A stretch of 64,000 nt of DNA from NCBI RefSeq assembly GCF_964204645.1, contig NC_134029.1:6696001-6760000 (forward strand). The letters are read 5' to 3'. The stretch is from Tubulanus polymorphus. Lineage: Eukaryota > Animalia > Nemertea. The notes under the pieces are model-generated. The model had not been told where the DNA came from and ran no database searches. It saw only the letters and a list, made by a program, of their open reading frames with translations. Shown piece after piece: positions 1 to 13,292 of this stretch (within the stretch, counting starts at the first letter, position 1; each line of letters opens with the position of its first letter). The translations under genes were made by a program, and so were the position numbers.

Positions 1-978
1 GTTTCTTTGAAGCTTCATCGTGTTCATTCATTCTCATTCGAGAATCTTACCAATTAGAAAAAAGATTCTTTTTATGCAAAGTTACCATATTTTCAAAGGT
101 AGTATTCGCTTTGAAATGTCAAACCGTAATTACATGCAAATTCGGAAGACAAATGTCAACGCTTCTTTTTTTCGATGGCTTTTTGTGACTAAGTTCTGTG
201 GTTCTCGCTGGGGACAAAAATTCTTTTCAACTCATTAATTTATTCGTCGATTCGTAATGTGAATCAGAAGGAGTAGATGAAGCGACTTCGAGAAAGAATG
301 CAACCCCGAAGCTTCAGGAAGCGGGGTGCATTAAAACTGTCATGCTGCAGTTATATCAATCTTCGAAGCAGATTCTGTTGCAAAATGTGAAGATTTCCTC
401 AATACTAAAATCCCATCGATCTTCATAGAACTAATAATGTAATTGCGGCATCGAATTCATCCATAAATCACAGAATATACGCGACTCAGTAGTTTATATC
501 ATTTATATTTGTCCACTTCAATGTAAATTCTGGTGCACGGATGACGTGAAGTGCGTGAATAGAATGAAACCAAGGGACCGCGAGGACAGATTTCCATACA
601 CAGAAAGCTGATGCTGCCCGTGGGCGACATGCACTCTGTAATGAATTGAAGCAAGGAAGATAAATAACGGGAGTCATTTTTGTTAGTGTTATACCTACTG
701 CCCGTGTATTAACGAGGAAGCGAATACCAGTCTACCGGTCTCCAATGCCGAGGTTCCACAGTTCTCATCAGAAATATAGAATGTCGGAGTCTATATACCA
801 GTAGTATAGACCAGTAGAAGGGTCCCAGCAATATGGATAAGACAGACATTAGTAATGAAACATTACCAAATGTCGATGTAGCAAACAGCGTATATACACC
901 GTATCCACAGGTTCGAACGATTTTTTTTAGCTGAACCAGTAGCTGGATTCTTATCAGAACAGCAGCAGTTGACACCAG

Positions 979-1114
979 AGGCCAGTTCCATAGTCACAGC
1001 TTAGACTTAAAAAACCCGCCTAAGACCAATTTTCAAAAATCATTTAACAACTAAAGACCAGTTTAAAGATTTAAGACCACTTTTGGACTTAAGTCGCATC
1101 TGTGCAACAAGCCC
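979..1114. mobile_element. Older inverted copy of the 16068-16205 MITE
   Basis: ggccagttccatagtca...gcttagacttaa...taagacca...tgtgcaacaagccc aligns with the reverse complement of 16068-16205. Confidence 0.7.
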
Positions 1115-4100
1115 CATCATCGCATAGTTAGTAATCGATGTTTTTTGGTCGGTTTGGGTATCGACTCGGCACCGAGGTGGTCAATCATTGCGGCCCTTGT
1201 GTCTTGGCACTCAATCGATGAAAGAAAAGTATCTTGTTCTTGCGGTTATTTCATCATTTGTCAACATTCGCCGAGATTTCGTGCTACCGAGATCCTTTCA
1301 TCCATCAACATCGTCAGAAAATGTCTTTGCCGCTTAGTAATAAGTCTATGAGGCGTACTTCATTAGCGCTAATAGCAACGTGACGGTCTACTATCGCAAA
1401 CCTTCCCCTGGCCGACTTATTAGTACCGGTATTCGATCGGGTCAGATGGTGTGTTGGTTCCGGTTAAGATGTAACGATTCGTGATTTAAGAACTAGATCA
1501 ATTCTAAGTTCTTAATCAATGTATTAAGCTAGCGAACAGCGGTAGACATAATACGGCTCAATTCATGCAATGATTTTTGAGATTTCTTTTCGCAAATCTC
1601 AATGTTCAGTGCAATGGCAATGCGCTGTGGGAAATCCCTATGGTGCGCAATCTCAAACTCAAGCGGGAAATGATCAAATTGCAAGTAACGTTCTTAAAGC
1701 GCTGAAAAACTAGGAAAAATAGCTTTAACCATGTACTTTAAAACGATACTTTTATATTCCATGTGCGTTTTATACTCCATGCTTTAACAGTTACTTAGAT
1801 ATTTCAAAATGAATTAAAATCGCGATTTTGTTTGACCCAGTAAAACATGCGGTTCTTGATTTCGCATCGTCAATATTGCGTACCAAAAAAACCCGAGAAT
1901 CACCGGCAAAACCTGCATTTGATATTCTTTAAAATGATGCATTAATTACGTTTTCCAAGAAAGTGACCATGACATTTAAACTGTTGATCTCATTGTTGTT
2001 TATCTCGATGGGAATGATATCGCAAATGTTCTCCATCCTGTTTTTCCTCTCCAAAAGCTCTTGTTAATCACGACAATTCATCAGATGATTAGATCAAAAA
2101 ACACCATTTTTTCTTTGTCTTTTACTTGTCGACGACCAATTGCTAATTACCAGTTCTCACCGCACTTCCTTTCACTTTCCTCGCAGAATTTGTTTTTGTC
2201 TATATCTTAGTCCTTCTCGCCACTTCATAAGTACCAATTCCCAGATTGCAACCACTTACTAGAGTTGCGAGGCCACGAGAAGGCGTACTTGCTGCTAAAT
2301 CACAACAATTTAGCTTTCATTAAGTTTGATGGTTCTTACAATTAGCGTTCAGTTCATTTAGCAGCTCACTTGCAAAGGCTGCCCATTTCAGATTAAAGAA
2401 ACCATGTTTTATAGACCATGTTATACTCCCATTTTTAAGTCCATGAAGAAAACTTAACTCTCAAATGACAACGAGACACTCTAGAATAAATGTCATTTTT
2501 CTAAAATATTGTAGATCCCTACGTATCATAGAAATAATCCCAGCATTTAATTCTTTAACTTGATGAATACAACATCTTTCAATCTCTTAAGGTACATTTG
2601 AATATTCCTTCTACAGATCTTTCTGAGAGGGAAATTTCTTCTTACGTCATGTAAGTATAATAACTTTGCTGAGTAAAAGTGATTATAATGTTTGATGCGG
2701 CTCATTTCGTTGCTGTGGACTTCTCGTATAGACAGACGATGACACAGTAAGGTAGCCCGCGATGGCATTCTGTGTCGTCTGCGTATCGTGGATAATTGTA
2801 AACCACGCGTGAACGATATATCACTTTGATAGGAAATGGAAACCACATATCGGCACTGATCACAAATGAACGTGAATAAAATCGATCCTATCGAGAAATG
2901 ATGAATTATCCTGCAGTAAACTGGAGACGTGTGGGTACATTGAAACTGCACTCAGGCCTATTGTTACAAGAAATAGTAAGATCTCAGGTTGCCAAGTCCA
3001 GATAGTTTTGAGAAGTTTTCAGAAGTTACTCTCGCTGGGTTTATCATTTAGAATGGTGTTCTTGTTTTGTGTGTTAGTTTTGAAGATGTTTACTTGAGTA
3101 TATAAAGTCTCAACGGTATGGAAGGCATGGAAGGGTGTGGTTAGTGGATCAGTGCCAAAAAAGGGTCCCTGTGATTCGCATTAACGGTAAACCTACGAGC
3201 TATACCGGAGATTTGTGGACCCATATCGTCGTTGATCACCGACCAAAAAACCTATTCCATTTCCTGACTAGTCTTCTCATAGAACGTAACGCAGATATCA
3301 GTATCGTCTACGGGGTCTGCTCTGGCCAACAATTGCAATATTCGGCCCATTTACGGATTTACATGGGAGACCTATCTCTAACATAAATGAAAGTGGTTCC
3401 TTGCTTTGATATGTGTAGTGTTACCTCATCCTCGCTTGCCAGGTATCGCTCCTGAACTCGCTGCCACCAGCTCGGGGAACAGTTTTAGCTTAGTGAGTTC
3501 CGGTGAAGATGTGTCTCCTAAATGGCCCAGCTCTTTAGATTCAGGGTTCGACTGGGGGCACGATCGACTATTGCTGCTCGAATAGCATCGGTGCTGTTCT
3601 GAATTTCATGTTTTCTCACCTAACATGATATTTCTTTTACCCAGAAGCGTTCGGTAAATACTTCGATATTATCGAGATTTTGCTATGCGCGCACAGTGTG
3701 TCATCGGTATACAGCGCTTAAAATCGCGCGTATTCATGCATGTCATCTTTCATATCTTCTTCCAATGCGCCGACCAATATCCCGGGAATAAACTGCAACC
3801 TGGATCCCCGCGCAGGCAACTGGATTATGTCACTTTCGGTCTGATATAGAAAATCCATGAATAATGACAATGTTTGGAAAATGTCATCAAATCGCTTGTA
3901 ACGCCGAAACTGTGTTTAATGTATTATGCAGAGTGGAATTTCAGATGCCGTTCTGGTTATCTTTTAGTTTTTGCCGAGACCAACTGGAGACGAGCTAGGA
4001 GATGCAAAATGATTTTAACTTTGGATTCTTGTCAGTCTGATGCTATGGACGAGCAGGCGTGTATTGCAAAATAAAGCCGGATTCGATCCAACAGTTTCAG

Positions 4101-4739
4101 GAGAAGATTTTGTAACATAATTGAATAAACAGACTTCGTGACCATGCCATATTGACGATCAATAAAATGAGAGATTCATATGGCATCTCCGGACTTTCTA
4201 AATGACCTTATTTATCTTATGTCTTTATCTATGGCAAGTCTCCAATACTTACTGACGGTCAACAAACTGTGACGTCACATACATGAGTTCCATACTGACG
4301 TAAGTCTGTTAGCGAAGACAGTGCAGCACGTACATCGAATCAATCTTGAACCTCACTGGAAATGACTTCGACCACGCCCGTCAGAACTAGTCGATGTCGA
4401 TAGTTGATTCCTTCGTTCAATTCGTAATAATTAAAACTGTATTCTCAAAGTTTATAAGTCAAACGTATAATCATAATGTTGTGTAGCGATAGCAATTCAT
4501 TCCTTTATGACGTCAAGCAGTTTTAAGTGATATGAGTATATATACTAGTACAATGAGAACAGTTTCAATTTCCTGATTAACAGCACTTTTGAAATGAAAT
4601 ATACAATAGCTCACTATTGACTGAGCACTGACCAGGCGTGGCAGACCTACTTGGTTACCGTACTTTTTATAGTGTAACCGTATTCGAAGTCTTGAAATGG
4701 CGTCAATGTAAAAAACCGTAACCGTGACCTAAACATAAG

Positions 4740-4847
4740 GACCCTGTTCCACAGTTGTGAGTTAAGATTTACCTCAGAGTTAACTCTTTGAAAATGAACT
4801 AATTTTAACTCGGAGTTTACTCTAACTAATAACTGTGGAACCGGATC
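4740..4847. mobile_element. Short MITE with 17-bp TIRs and 3-bp TSD
   Basis: gaccctgttccacagtt ... aactgtggaaccggatc, flanked by aag/aag. A similar terminus (ggatccagttccacag) occurs at ~42923. Confidence 0.6.
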
Positions 4848-5045
4848 AAGGATATCACGCATTGAAAATCGGTATATGCAAAGTATCATCTGAAAATGCA
4901 TATTTCGGCTATATCGAACAGACCTCGCATTTACTATAAGCCCGCGTATGTCCTGTTTCAAATGAAATTGTTTAATAGAAGATGAAATAATGTTGTGTTT
5001 ATTCGTCTGTTTTAGATATGAGATGAAAATTAAACGCGATGCGGG

Positions 5046-6425
5046 ATGAGCAAACACAGTGAGGATGGTGAGACGCCATTGTTAACGACAAGTCCCTCAT
5101 CATCATCGTCATCATCATCGAGTCATAGACAATCTAAAAGCCCGACTTTATCGCCGTACGCCAATAAACATGCAACCGACGTCAACTACAAATCGAAAAT
5201 AACTCGCGAGGAAGTTTATCGGTCCTACGACCCCTGGGTAGGAATCCGCATCGCCGGATTTCTCGGCGGTATGTTGGTGTTACTGATAGTTTACATCGGA
5301 ATAAAAGCCGGTCGACATCGCAGTAAAGAAGCCAAGCGAAATTACAGCCTGGTGAAACACGAAAATGCGAACGCGGCCGTCGACTTGTCGAATCATAGCC
5401 CGAGCCCGCTGTATACGTACCCGCACGTATTACCAACTGTGATAGTTGATAGCGTCGAAGCGACGGCAAACTGGGTCGAAGACCAACCGTCTGAAGTGAG
5501 TAGTTTGAGCGATAATCTGAGTATCAACATCGAAGATCCGGATTCGCCTGAACATCAGGCTAAACGCAGGGCCAGCGAGGGCAACATATTCGGGGCGAGG
5601 AGGACGAGCTATTCGGGTATATTGAAACAACCGACACGTAGTAAAACCCTTAAGGAGGGCAGAAATTTGCTCAAACGCTATCAGGTTAATTTTCCTAGCA
5701 AAAACATGGCCGTTGAAGTGCAGGTGACGGATCCAGAAACTAATTCCGAATGTTCGCCTGCACAATCCGTTGCAGACGATTCCTCGTGTAATAAACTAGA
5801 GCAAACGGGAAACGTCGACGGCTCGGCGTCTCCTGTTCCCAGTGATTTAGAGGTTCCGAAGATCAGGCGGCCGTCTTTTCGTAGTTTACGAGATTTATTG
5901 ACCGAAGTTCAAATAAAACTTCCCACGCGTTCGGGTAGCGTAGACACGGCCGCTAAAGAGAAGTTGTTAGAAAACGTATCGCTGTGTAATTCGGTTGAAA
6001 ATTCGCCAGTATTGCCTCCGCGTAAGGCACGAACTCTGAGCTTCAGCCTAGCGTCGAGCGAGCGCCTGAATCTACCCGACGTGTCCGTATGGACCAAACA
6101 AAGAAAGCGTAAAAGTTTCGATTCGACGATGCTTGACTTCGACGAGCGAGCAAGTAGCGGGAGTCAAGAAAGTCAAAGTAGTCAGGGAAGTCACGCGAGT
6201 TCGGCCAAGGTTTCACGGTCATCAGTATTTTTGCATCCCGAAGATGCTCTTACTAATACTAGGCATAATCTTCTGTCATCGCAGTCTCGTTCAGTTTCCG
6301 GTTCGTGTCTTTCCGAGGACGACATGTGTCGTACTCTGTACGCTAGTAAAAGCCACGGCAGCGTTTTAACCGCCGAAAAACCGACAACGAAAAACCGAAA
6401 CGGCCGCAAATACAGTCTTTTATAG
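5046..6425 (+). CDS. Uncharacterised single-pass membrane protein (459 aa) with long Ser-rich, probably disordered tail
   Basis: Longest ORF in the window. One hydrophobic segment (VGIRIAGFLGGMLVLLIVYIGI) is followed by basic residues (KAGRHRSK), and there is no signal peptide. An in-frame stop at 5031 lies upstream of the ATG. Splice acceptor tttag at 5011-5015, candidate donor gtaagt at 4300, and AATAAA at 8383. Confidence 0.85.
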   Translation: MSKHSEDGETPLLTTSPSSSSSSSSSHRQSKSPTLSPYANKHATDVNYKSKITREEVYRSYDPWVGIRIAGFLGGMLVLLIVYIGIKAGRHRSKEAKRNYSLVKHENANAAVDLSNHSPSPLYTYPHVLPTVIVDSVEATANWVEDQPSEVSSLSDNLSINIEDPDSPEHQAKRRASEGNIFGARRTSYSGILKQPTRSKTLKEGRNLLKRYQVNFPSKNMAVEVQVTDPETNSECSPAQSVADDSSCNKLEQTGNVDGSASPVPSDLEVPKIRRPSFRSLRDLLTEVQIKLPTRSGSVDTAAKEKLLENVSLCNSVENSPVLPPRKARTLSFSLASSERLNLPDVSVWTKQRKRKSFDSTMLDFDERASSGSQESQSSQGSHASSAKVSRSSVFLHPEDALTNTRHNLLSSQSRSVSGSCLSEDDMCRTLYASKSHGSVLTAEKPTTKNRNGRKYSLL

Positions 6426-7369
6426 CGATCGATATTCACATCAAAATATGCCGATTCCGATTTCATTTCTGATCGAGCAAAACGTTGTGCTACGTAAGTG
6501 ACTTACGTCTTATTGGGATTTGACGAGAGCAGAGGAAACAGTCTTATTGACGTTTTTTCGTCACTTCCACGAGAGCTAAACTTGAAAATGGACTCTCCCG
6601 GTGGTAATCCCCAAGGCTTCTGTTTCTCAGGGAACATGCTTTAGATGATAAGTTGCTACGAAGATGAGTTCGTAGGCAAAGCTATGTCCTTGAGCCGACA
6701 CTGACAAGAGACAGAGTCATAAACAGGGCAAAAGTAGTGCTTATATTTTGTATATTACACTGACCAGGGTTGCATATAACTACTGATTTAAAAATATTTA
6801 CAGTACTTCTGAACAACTCCACTCGCTTCTGATGATTGATGTATATATGAAGTTTTATCATATCTAGCCAGTGTAGCTTATTCTAGCGCAATTAGAGAGC
6901 GATTAGACAGTCGTGTATCCCAAAATCAACAGAAGCCTCTGAGGGAAAACATTGATGAAAAGGTTAAGTTCTTCGACTTCATATTTCAAGCAGATATTTT
7001 CCAAGACCTCAAAATGAAAAAGTCAGAATTCTATGGTTGGCGTGTCATGTGAATTTATGTAAATCCAATATCATCACACTTTTCTTGGAATAATTTACAT
7101 TTGACAGCCAACTACAAGAGTACAATTTTATTTATTTCAGCTCGTGGTAATGTTTAAAAAATGATTCATTTCTCGTAGCTCCTGCTTAACGAGATAGTAA
7201 TTATGTAATTATAACATGAAATATACACTGCAGTCATCAGCCGCTCGGTCGCCACTTTCCACACAGAAAAAAGATGCTTTCTGTCATTCGTTTGGTTCAT
7301 ATAACTAAAATAACTCACGTTTCATATAGTTAAGAGGAAGGTTATTGAAAAAGAATTTAGTTCAAATTA

Positions 7370-7536
7370 CAGTGGAACCTCGTTACAGCGAACTGCGCGG
7401 CACCAGAAAATATATTCGTTGTAACCGATAGTTCGTTATATACAGTATGAAATGAATCAAATTTTCTTACTTGGAACGAAATCCTATGTTTGTTATAAAC
7501 GATGAATCGTTGTATCCGAGTTCGGAGGTTCCACTG
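7370..7536. mobile_element. Tc1/mariner-pogo-type MITE
   Basis: TA-cagtggaacctc...gaggttccactg-TA (TIR plus TA TSD). A partial copy lies at ~33441-33561. Confidence 0.8.
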
Positions 7537-7573
7537 TAGTTTGAAACGTCAACATTAGGAAAGTTACCCTTTG

Positions 7574-7810
7574 CAGGGTGGATCTAGAAAAAACTGAGGT
7601 AGAGGGTCCAAAAGAAACTGAAGGGCAATCCTCGGATAAAGTAGCGATTCCGAAGAGGGCATCCCCTTGTTGTAAGGAGAAATAATGCACCTGAGCGAAT
7701 GCAATTTCCCAGAACGTGATTGTAATTTTGCGAGCGTCGTCCTGAAACATCGGGCGATTTCATTGGATACGGCAGTGTCCCGACCCCCGAGCTCTATAGA
7801 TCCAACCATG
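7574..7810. mobile_element. Degenerate MITE of the CAGGGGCGGATC-TIR family
   Basis: cagggtggatctag...gacccccgag...tagatccaaccatg. Shares subterminal gggtcc/gacccccgag with 22983-23244. Confidence 0.5.
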
Positions 7811-10230
7811 TTTTAGAAGTATATTCCAATGCGTAGACTGCCATGTTGTTTATTCGAGGTTGAATCAAAACTGCATTTTGGGAATAAGCGAATTGTATAT
7901 AACAAAACAGGACGAATCTAAAGCAGTCGATACAAAAATAATGTTTTTCTTCCACCAGAAAAAAACAATCACGTTGCACGACGAAGGTTCAATGCTGTTC
8001 GATTCTGTTACAGTCGTTTTATTGGACGACATGATAATCTTCAATGATTGCATGTAGTCTTATCCTTATCGAAATCTTAAAGAGTAACTGTTCCGTCAGT
8101 TTGCTTGTTTTGAAGCGAAATATGATATGCTTAATATCTTTCCTATCGAGATATATCCACGAACATAAATTACAAAGCAAAATTGTGAATCGAGGTAAAG
8201 ACAATAGATAGATGCTGTAAAATTTAATGTATGATTAATTGTTCAACATTATATGGGTATTACTTAAAACCAGTATACAGAGTACACATGCAAACATAAC
8301 ATATATATATTATAATGACTGTCGTTTTTGAACCATAGATATGTATAAACGTATTATTATTATATCTTGTAAATTTTTAACGAATAAATAAATAAGTTGA
8401 TATATCTACTCATTGCCTCAATGCCTCTTTATCAAATTTGCAAATGACGAATCGAGATTGCATTCCCAAGTCAAATTTCAATCAACACGCCTGGCGCGGG
8501 GGCTCGAAATTGAGTATTCGGTACCGCTTTCTATGAAAGAAAGATCTGGACGGAGAATAGTAAAATCTCCAGATTTCAAAATGTCCATTCCAAGACGACT
8601 GTAACACCATCAGAAAAAATGAAGACTCTTCTTTCGACTGTGGCAATCGAGGATTCCACTTGTGGCAAGCGAGGAACCACCAGGTTCGCTAGTATGCTTT
8701 CAGACAACAACTTGTGGATTTCTCCTCAGATTCAATTAAAATCTATCCATAATTACTCATATTCTTTGAATGGTGATTGGTAAAATTGGCCCTATATATG
8801 AACCTTAGGATCACCTGGGTTTATCAAGAGGATTGATTTGCCGAAATTTCTGACGAGGGAGGCTATAAATCAAGATGAAGGTTCATAGAAAATGAACTAG
8901 ATTTTGACTGGGTTGTCGCACTGATACGCATGCCATCTAGTGGGATAGGTGGTTGCACGGAGTCCTCGTTAATCTCCTTTATCTCGTCCCAAAACGACTG
9001 CTCCTGTCTACCATGCGTTGACGCTAATACCATCAATTATCTCAACCTATCCAATAGATGGCGTCTGTGTTTATATGCCTATGCCGCGTTATTCCTCCCG
9101 ACAAATTACTTGGTCGTCTCACGGGATTCTGAAAACGAAAAGATTCCATGGCCGACTGAGACCTGAAATGGATAAAACGTAGCTAAAGGATGGAATGTGT
9201 ACATCGACGTTAAGTAAATGTTCAGGCAGAAATGCCCAAACAAAAGCTTTCCTTTTCATTTTCGCATTTCCATTTTGTAGACGTGGAATTTAATAGGTAT
9301 TGTATAAAAACAGCTATATTCGTGTTATCAACTATGTTCAATTCGGCAGTTTAAACCACGTGGGAATCTTAGGAGATAAGACATATTAAAAAGTACACGC
9401 ACACTTAAAAAATAGATCTTTGACTTAAAAATTTTCAAACAACATTCTATTTACCGAAAGGATCGGTATTTGGTGGACTTGGTCGTTTCACGTCACCCAT
9501 AATCATCGCACGCGAAGCCGTACGGTTGATTTTCCTGAACCGCTTCGTGAAAATTGCAGCCAATCGTCCATTGTATATTTCTAATTAAAACACTCACCAG
9601 GAGCGCTTCGTCTGAGTGCAGCTTTCACAATCAGAATGTGGTCAAGTGGAAAATGATATTTCCCTGGGCGAAATTCTGGGCTCTTTTCGAGCATCGATCC
9701 GTCCCCGGGGAGCGATAATAAAGGTACACGGTGAATTTCTCCGATAGATTGCCATTTTGAACCTATTTCACGGTTTACTGGACAAATAAAACATCTGTTC
9801 TATAACTATACCAGACAAGTTTACATAACGCGTTAGAATAAACGTTTTTTTACGCGCAGTTGAGTCCCTAGAAAACCGACCTGTTTTCTCATTGATCGAA
9901 AGCACTCAATGCAATCATACATATATTTCGATGGCTCAATGAAGCGGATCAGTATAAAGACATCATTCATTATTCTCTTTTTGAAGAAATATTCATTAAC
10001 TTTTGTGTGACGCGTTCCTACTGTGTGCGTGTGTGTGTGTCACTCTATTCTTACTTAAGGTTTTAACATTTTATGAACTTTATAATTGGATACAACATAC
10101 ATAGAAACGTTTGTCATCCCATGCGCTAAGGTTTATTCAATAGTTTTTCTTATTATTTTGTCCAGGGTAAATCGTTTTGCCTGTATAATGCCATTATCGG
10201 TGAAGTGAGCGTCTTTTTTAGGGTGGAAAA

Positions 10231-11087
10231 ATGGAAGCCTACCTGGGTACCTGGGAGTATCATCATGAGCTCGCTGATAAAAATGAGCAGAAGTTCAGGG
10301 ATGATTTAAGTAAGGTTATCTTTTATCCCACGGAAACCGTTACGCCGGATAACTGTGATATACAAGTAGTTCATATCTCGATGACGCTTTGATTTTTCAG
10401 AAATGGACGACGAGACCGTCAAAAAAATATTGGCATCGAAACCGATAATAAGGGTAATGAAAGTTGGCGAAAATATGCGCATTAAGTTGGAGACTGCGGG
10501 CGGTGAATTCGACCAAGATGATATATTTTACTTGGACGGGAAGGATTCTACAATACAGTTACCCGATGGACGAAAAGCTAGGGTAAATAGAGTAAACGTT
10601 GGCGAATCTGTTGGCGAATGAATCCCTAAGGCTAGTGAAACGTTATCAACATTATACATGCTGACACATCTACATCGTAGGTGCTGATGCCTGGTTGTTT
10701 ATTTTCATACAAATCTTTGTATCTATCCCATGATTATTGCTCTTATTAAAATTTTGTAATCTTAAATTGGAAATTCTTTTTTATAAATTTCCATTAGGGG
10801 AAGTTCTCGTTGAAAGATGGAATTATGCGGGCGGATAACATGAAATTGGATAATGTAGCCGGTCTTACTGTCAATGAAACGATGGTTGTCAAAGATGGCT
10901 GGATGACAGTGGTAAATTGACTCACTGTGTATTTCTCTCAAATTCATACTAATACACTAACCGGTATTGATTTTGAAAATTAGAACTATCTTATGTTAAC
11001 TTTTCTTTTAATTCACGATTTCAGACAATGGTTATTCCCGAAGAGAATTTGACAACAGTAGCTAAATATAAGAAACTGCAAGACTAA
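10231..11087 (+). CDS. FABP/iLBP-like protein, copy 1 (145 aa)
   Basis: Exons 10231-10309, 10401-10582, 10798-10911, 11025-11087; GT-AG introns, phases 1/0/0. [41 protein letters not shown]...LPDGRKAR-GKFSLKDG...VKDGWMTV-TMVIPEENLTTVAKYKKLQD. GTW, SKP, DGRK and YKK motifs, size and exon layout match the iLBP family. Confidence 0.88.
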
Positions 11088-11283
11088 ACGAGAAAATAAT
11101 ACCCAGTCTTCAGTAGCTTTTTGAAATTAATCATTGTAGCATCCTTGGAGAATGTTAATATTACTGAATAAATAAACGCAATGAATGAAAGGAAATGATA
11201 TAACGTTTTTAATCAATCTCGAGATCTGAAAGAAATTGAATCTTTCGTTTGAGTCGAGAAGATACACAATATCCGTGAAAGGT

Positions 11284-11467
11284 GATAGAAATCCCACAAT
11301 CGATTAAACCAGAAATGAAAAGTTCTATAGTAAAATGATATACTGTATATTTCGAGCAACGCCTGATGATGGCTGATAGTATTTAGCCGCAACGTTGCTC
11401 GAAATGTACTATATCATTTTACTATAGAACTTTCATTTTTGGCTGAATCTATTGTGGGATTTCTCTC
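11284..11467. mobile_element. Foldback element with a degenerate hammerhead core in its loop
   Basis: ~75-bp imperfect inverted arms (11284-11361/11393-11467) surround CTGATGA-t-ggctga(tagtat)ttagcc-GCAACGTT. It shares the tttcatttt...attgtgggatt(t)ctctc tail with the 28-29 kb element. Confidence 0.7.
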
Positions 11468-11936
11468 GTCTAGCTTTCATTTATTGAAGATCAACTCTTT
11501 TTTACATTAACGATTCTTGTGGATGAAATATACATTTGGGTACAAGTGGGTTTACCGATGTGACACGGACTCGTGTCGTACCATGCAAAACGAAACAACA
11601 AGATTTTATGATTACTCATTTCACTAATATCTATGAATAATATCAGTTCTTATTCAAACTGGTTTTGTCCAAAAATAAACCGCCAGAAATCCTACCAGGG
11701 TTGTGTTAGTCGTTCAATCGTGTGTACTGTGGACCTGCAGGTAATGAAAACATTTTATTATTGCCGAAGATATATCCAACTTTACTACGCGTAATCATAA
11801 GATAAATATAAAGAATAGCCACAATCTGACCTATTGGTCATAAACGCGTGAATTACAGTTTGAGAATTATAGTGACAGTAACTATATCTTCTATTATCAT
11901 ATTGAAGGAATCTGAATTGTTTCAAGACTCGACGAT

Positions 11937-13292
11937 ATGGATAAATTTGTCGGTCGCTGGGAATATCATCACGACCTGTCACCCGGAGAAGATGTTGCAA
12001 AGTTCGCTGAAGGCTTAAGTAAGTTTGGTAATAAAACAGATCACGTCCTTGTGCAGAATACGGGTTAATAGTGCAAGGGTGTAGGAATGTTTTCCATACG
12101 TTGGTAGTGATTCGGCTCTTCATTTTGACGTGATAAGACCCCTAACCCGACTGTACAAGTGACATGGTTGGACGACTGGATGGCTGTTTGACTTGGTGAC
12201 TGGACGATTGGTCAACTGGTCGACTTGGTGACTGAGCGACTAGACGACTGGTCGACTGGATGACAGGATGAGCGAGTGACTTGATGACTGGATGACTAGC
12301 CGACTGGATGACCATCAGCATAGCCATCACCACAATTACCACCATCACTGACATCTCCTCCAGCATCACTACCATCATCATCATCACCGAAACCACCATT
12401 GCCACCGTCGCCAATATGTTCTTCTCCAGCATCACATTTTTCACCATCGCGTCCAGGCGTTCAGCCGTCCGGGCGTTTAGTCGTCCAGTCGACCAGTCAG
12501 CTGCGCATTATACCCTGTAGCGTGGATGAATATAAATTTGTGATTTGTCCTGACTTAACCGGATTCTACACTTGATACTTCTAACATCTGAGCAGCTCTA
12601 GTTTCCTCAATAGTGTGTTTATCAAACTCGTTCATCACTATATGTTCATGACATATCATCCATACTTTCCCACAGAATTGGATAAAGAAGAGCTGGAGGA
12701 AATGTCCAACATGACGGGAATTATGGAAATAAGCAAGCATGGCAAAGGTCTTAGAATAAAGGTTTTTTTGAATGGAAAATTTGACCATGAATTCAATATA
12801 AACCTGGACGGCACAGAATCAGATTTTAAAATCCACGATGGCCGTCAAGCAAAGGTAAAATAATGATTCAAGGTTTCACTGATGGAAATAAATGAAAGCA
12901 TATCTGGATACATTCGAATGTCATGATAGAGCAAATGAAATGATTTTTCAGGGACTGTTCTCAATAAAAGACGGAAAGCTGTGCGGCGAGAACATTAAGA
13001 TTTTGGACGTCCAAGAGATGATTATGGAAGAAACCATGGAAGTGGAGGGTGATTGGATTAAAATGGTGAGTTGATAATGATTAAAACCATTTGAATTAAA
13101 CCGAATGTAGATAGTGAAATCCTATAACAACAGTTGAAGCAGATCAAGCCATAGGAACAAGTTACTTTCAACGGAAAAGGAAGAAAATCAACTAGCATCT
13201 TATATGGATATTATGTTTTCACTTTATTTTTTCAGACTACGATTTTACCAAAGGAGAATTTCACCACAGTTTCCTGGTATAAAAAGATTTAA
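11937..13292 (+). CDS. FABP/iLBP-like protein, copy 2 (143 aa)
   Basis: Exons 11937-12018, 12676-12854, 12952-13065, 13236-13292. MDKFVGRWEYHHDLSPGEDVAKFAEGL...IHDGRQAK-GLFSIKDGKLCGE...EGDWIKM-TTILPKENFTTVSWYKKI. The frame stays open after splicing. Confidence 0.85.
12165..12500. repeat. Low-complexity tract in intron 1 of copy 2
   Basis: Degenerate gact/gactgg repeats, then (CAT/CAC)n, then short inverted agtc/ccagtc repeats. Confidence 0.7.

Noticed and set aside
2940-3420. Short peptides (LRPIV on +, VETLYT on -) reminiscent of Penelope RT motifs
   Set aside because: They are on opposite strands, lack the catalytic Asp and have no continuous frame.
4647-6466. Antisense and alternate-frame ORFs overlapping the 459-aa gene
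   Set aside because: Shadow ORFs with no recognisable motifs.
12142-12520. Met/Val-rich and Thr/Ile-rich ORFs
   Set aside because: Products of a low-complexity tract inside intron 1 of copy 2.
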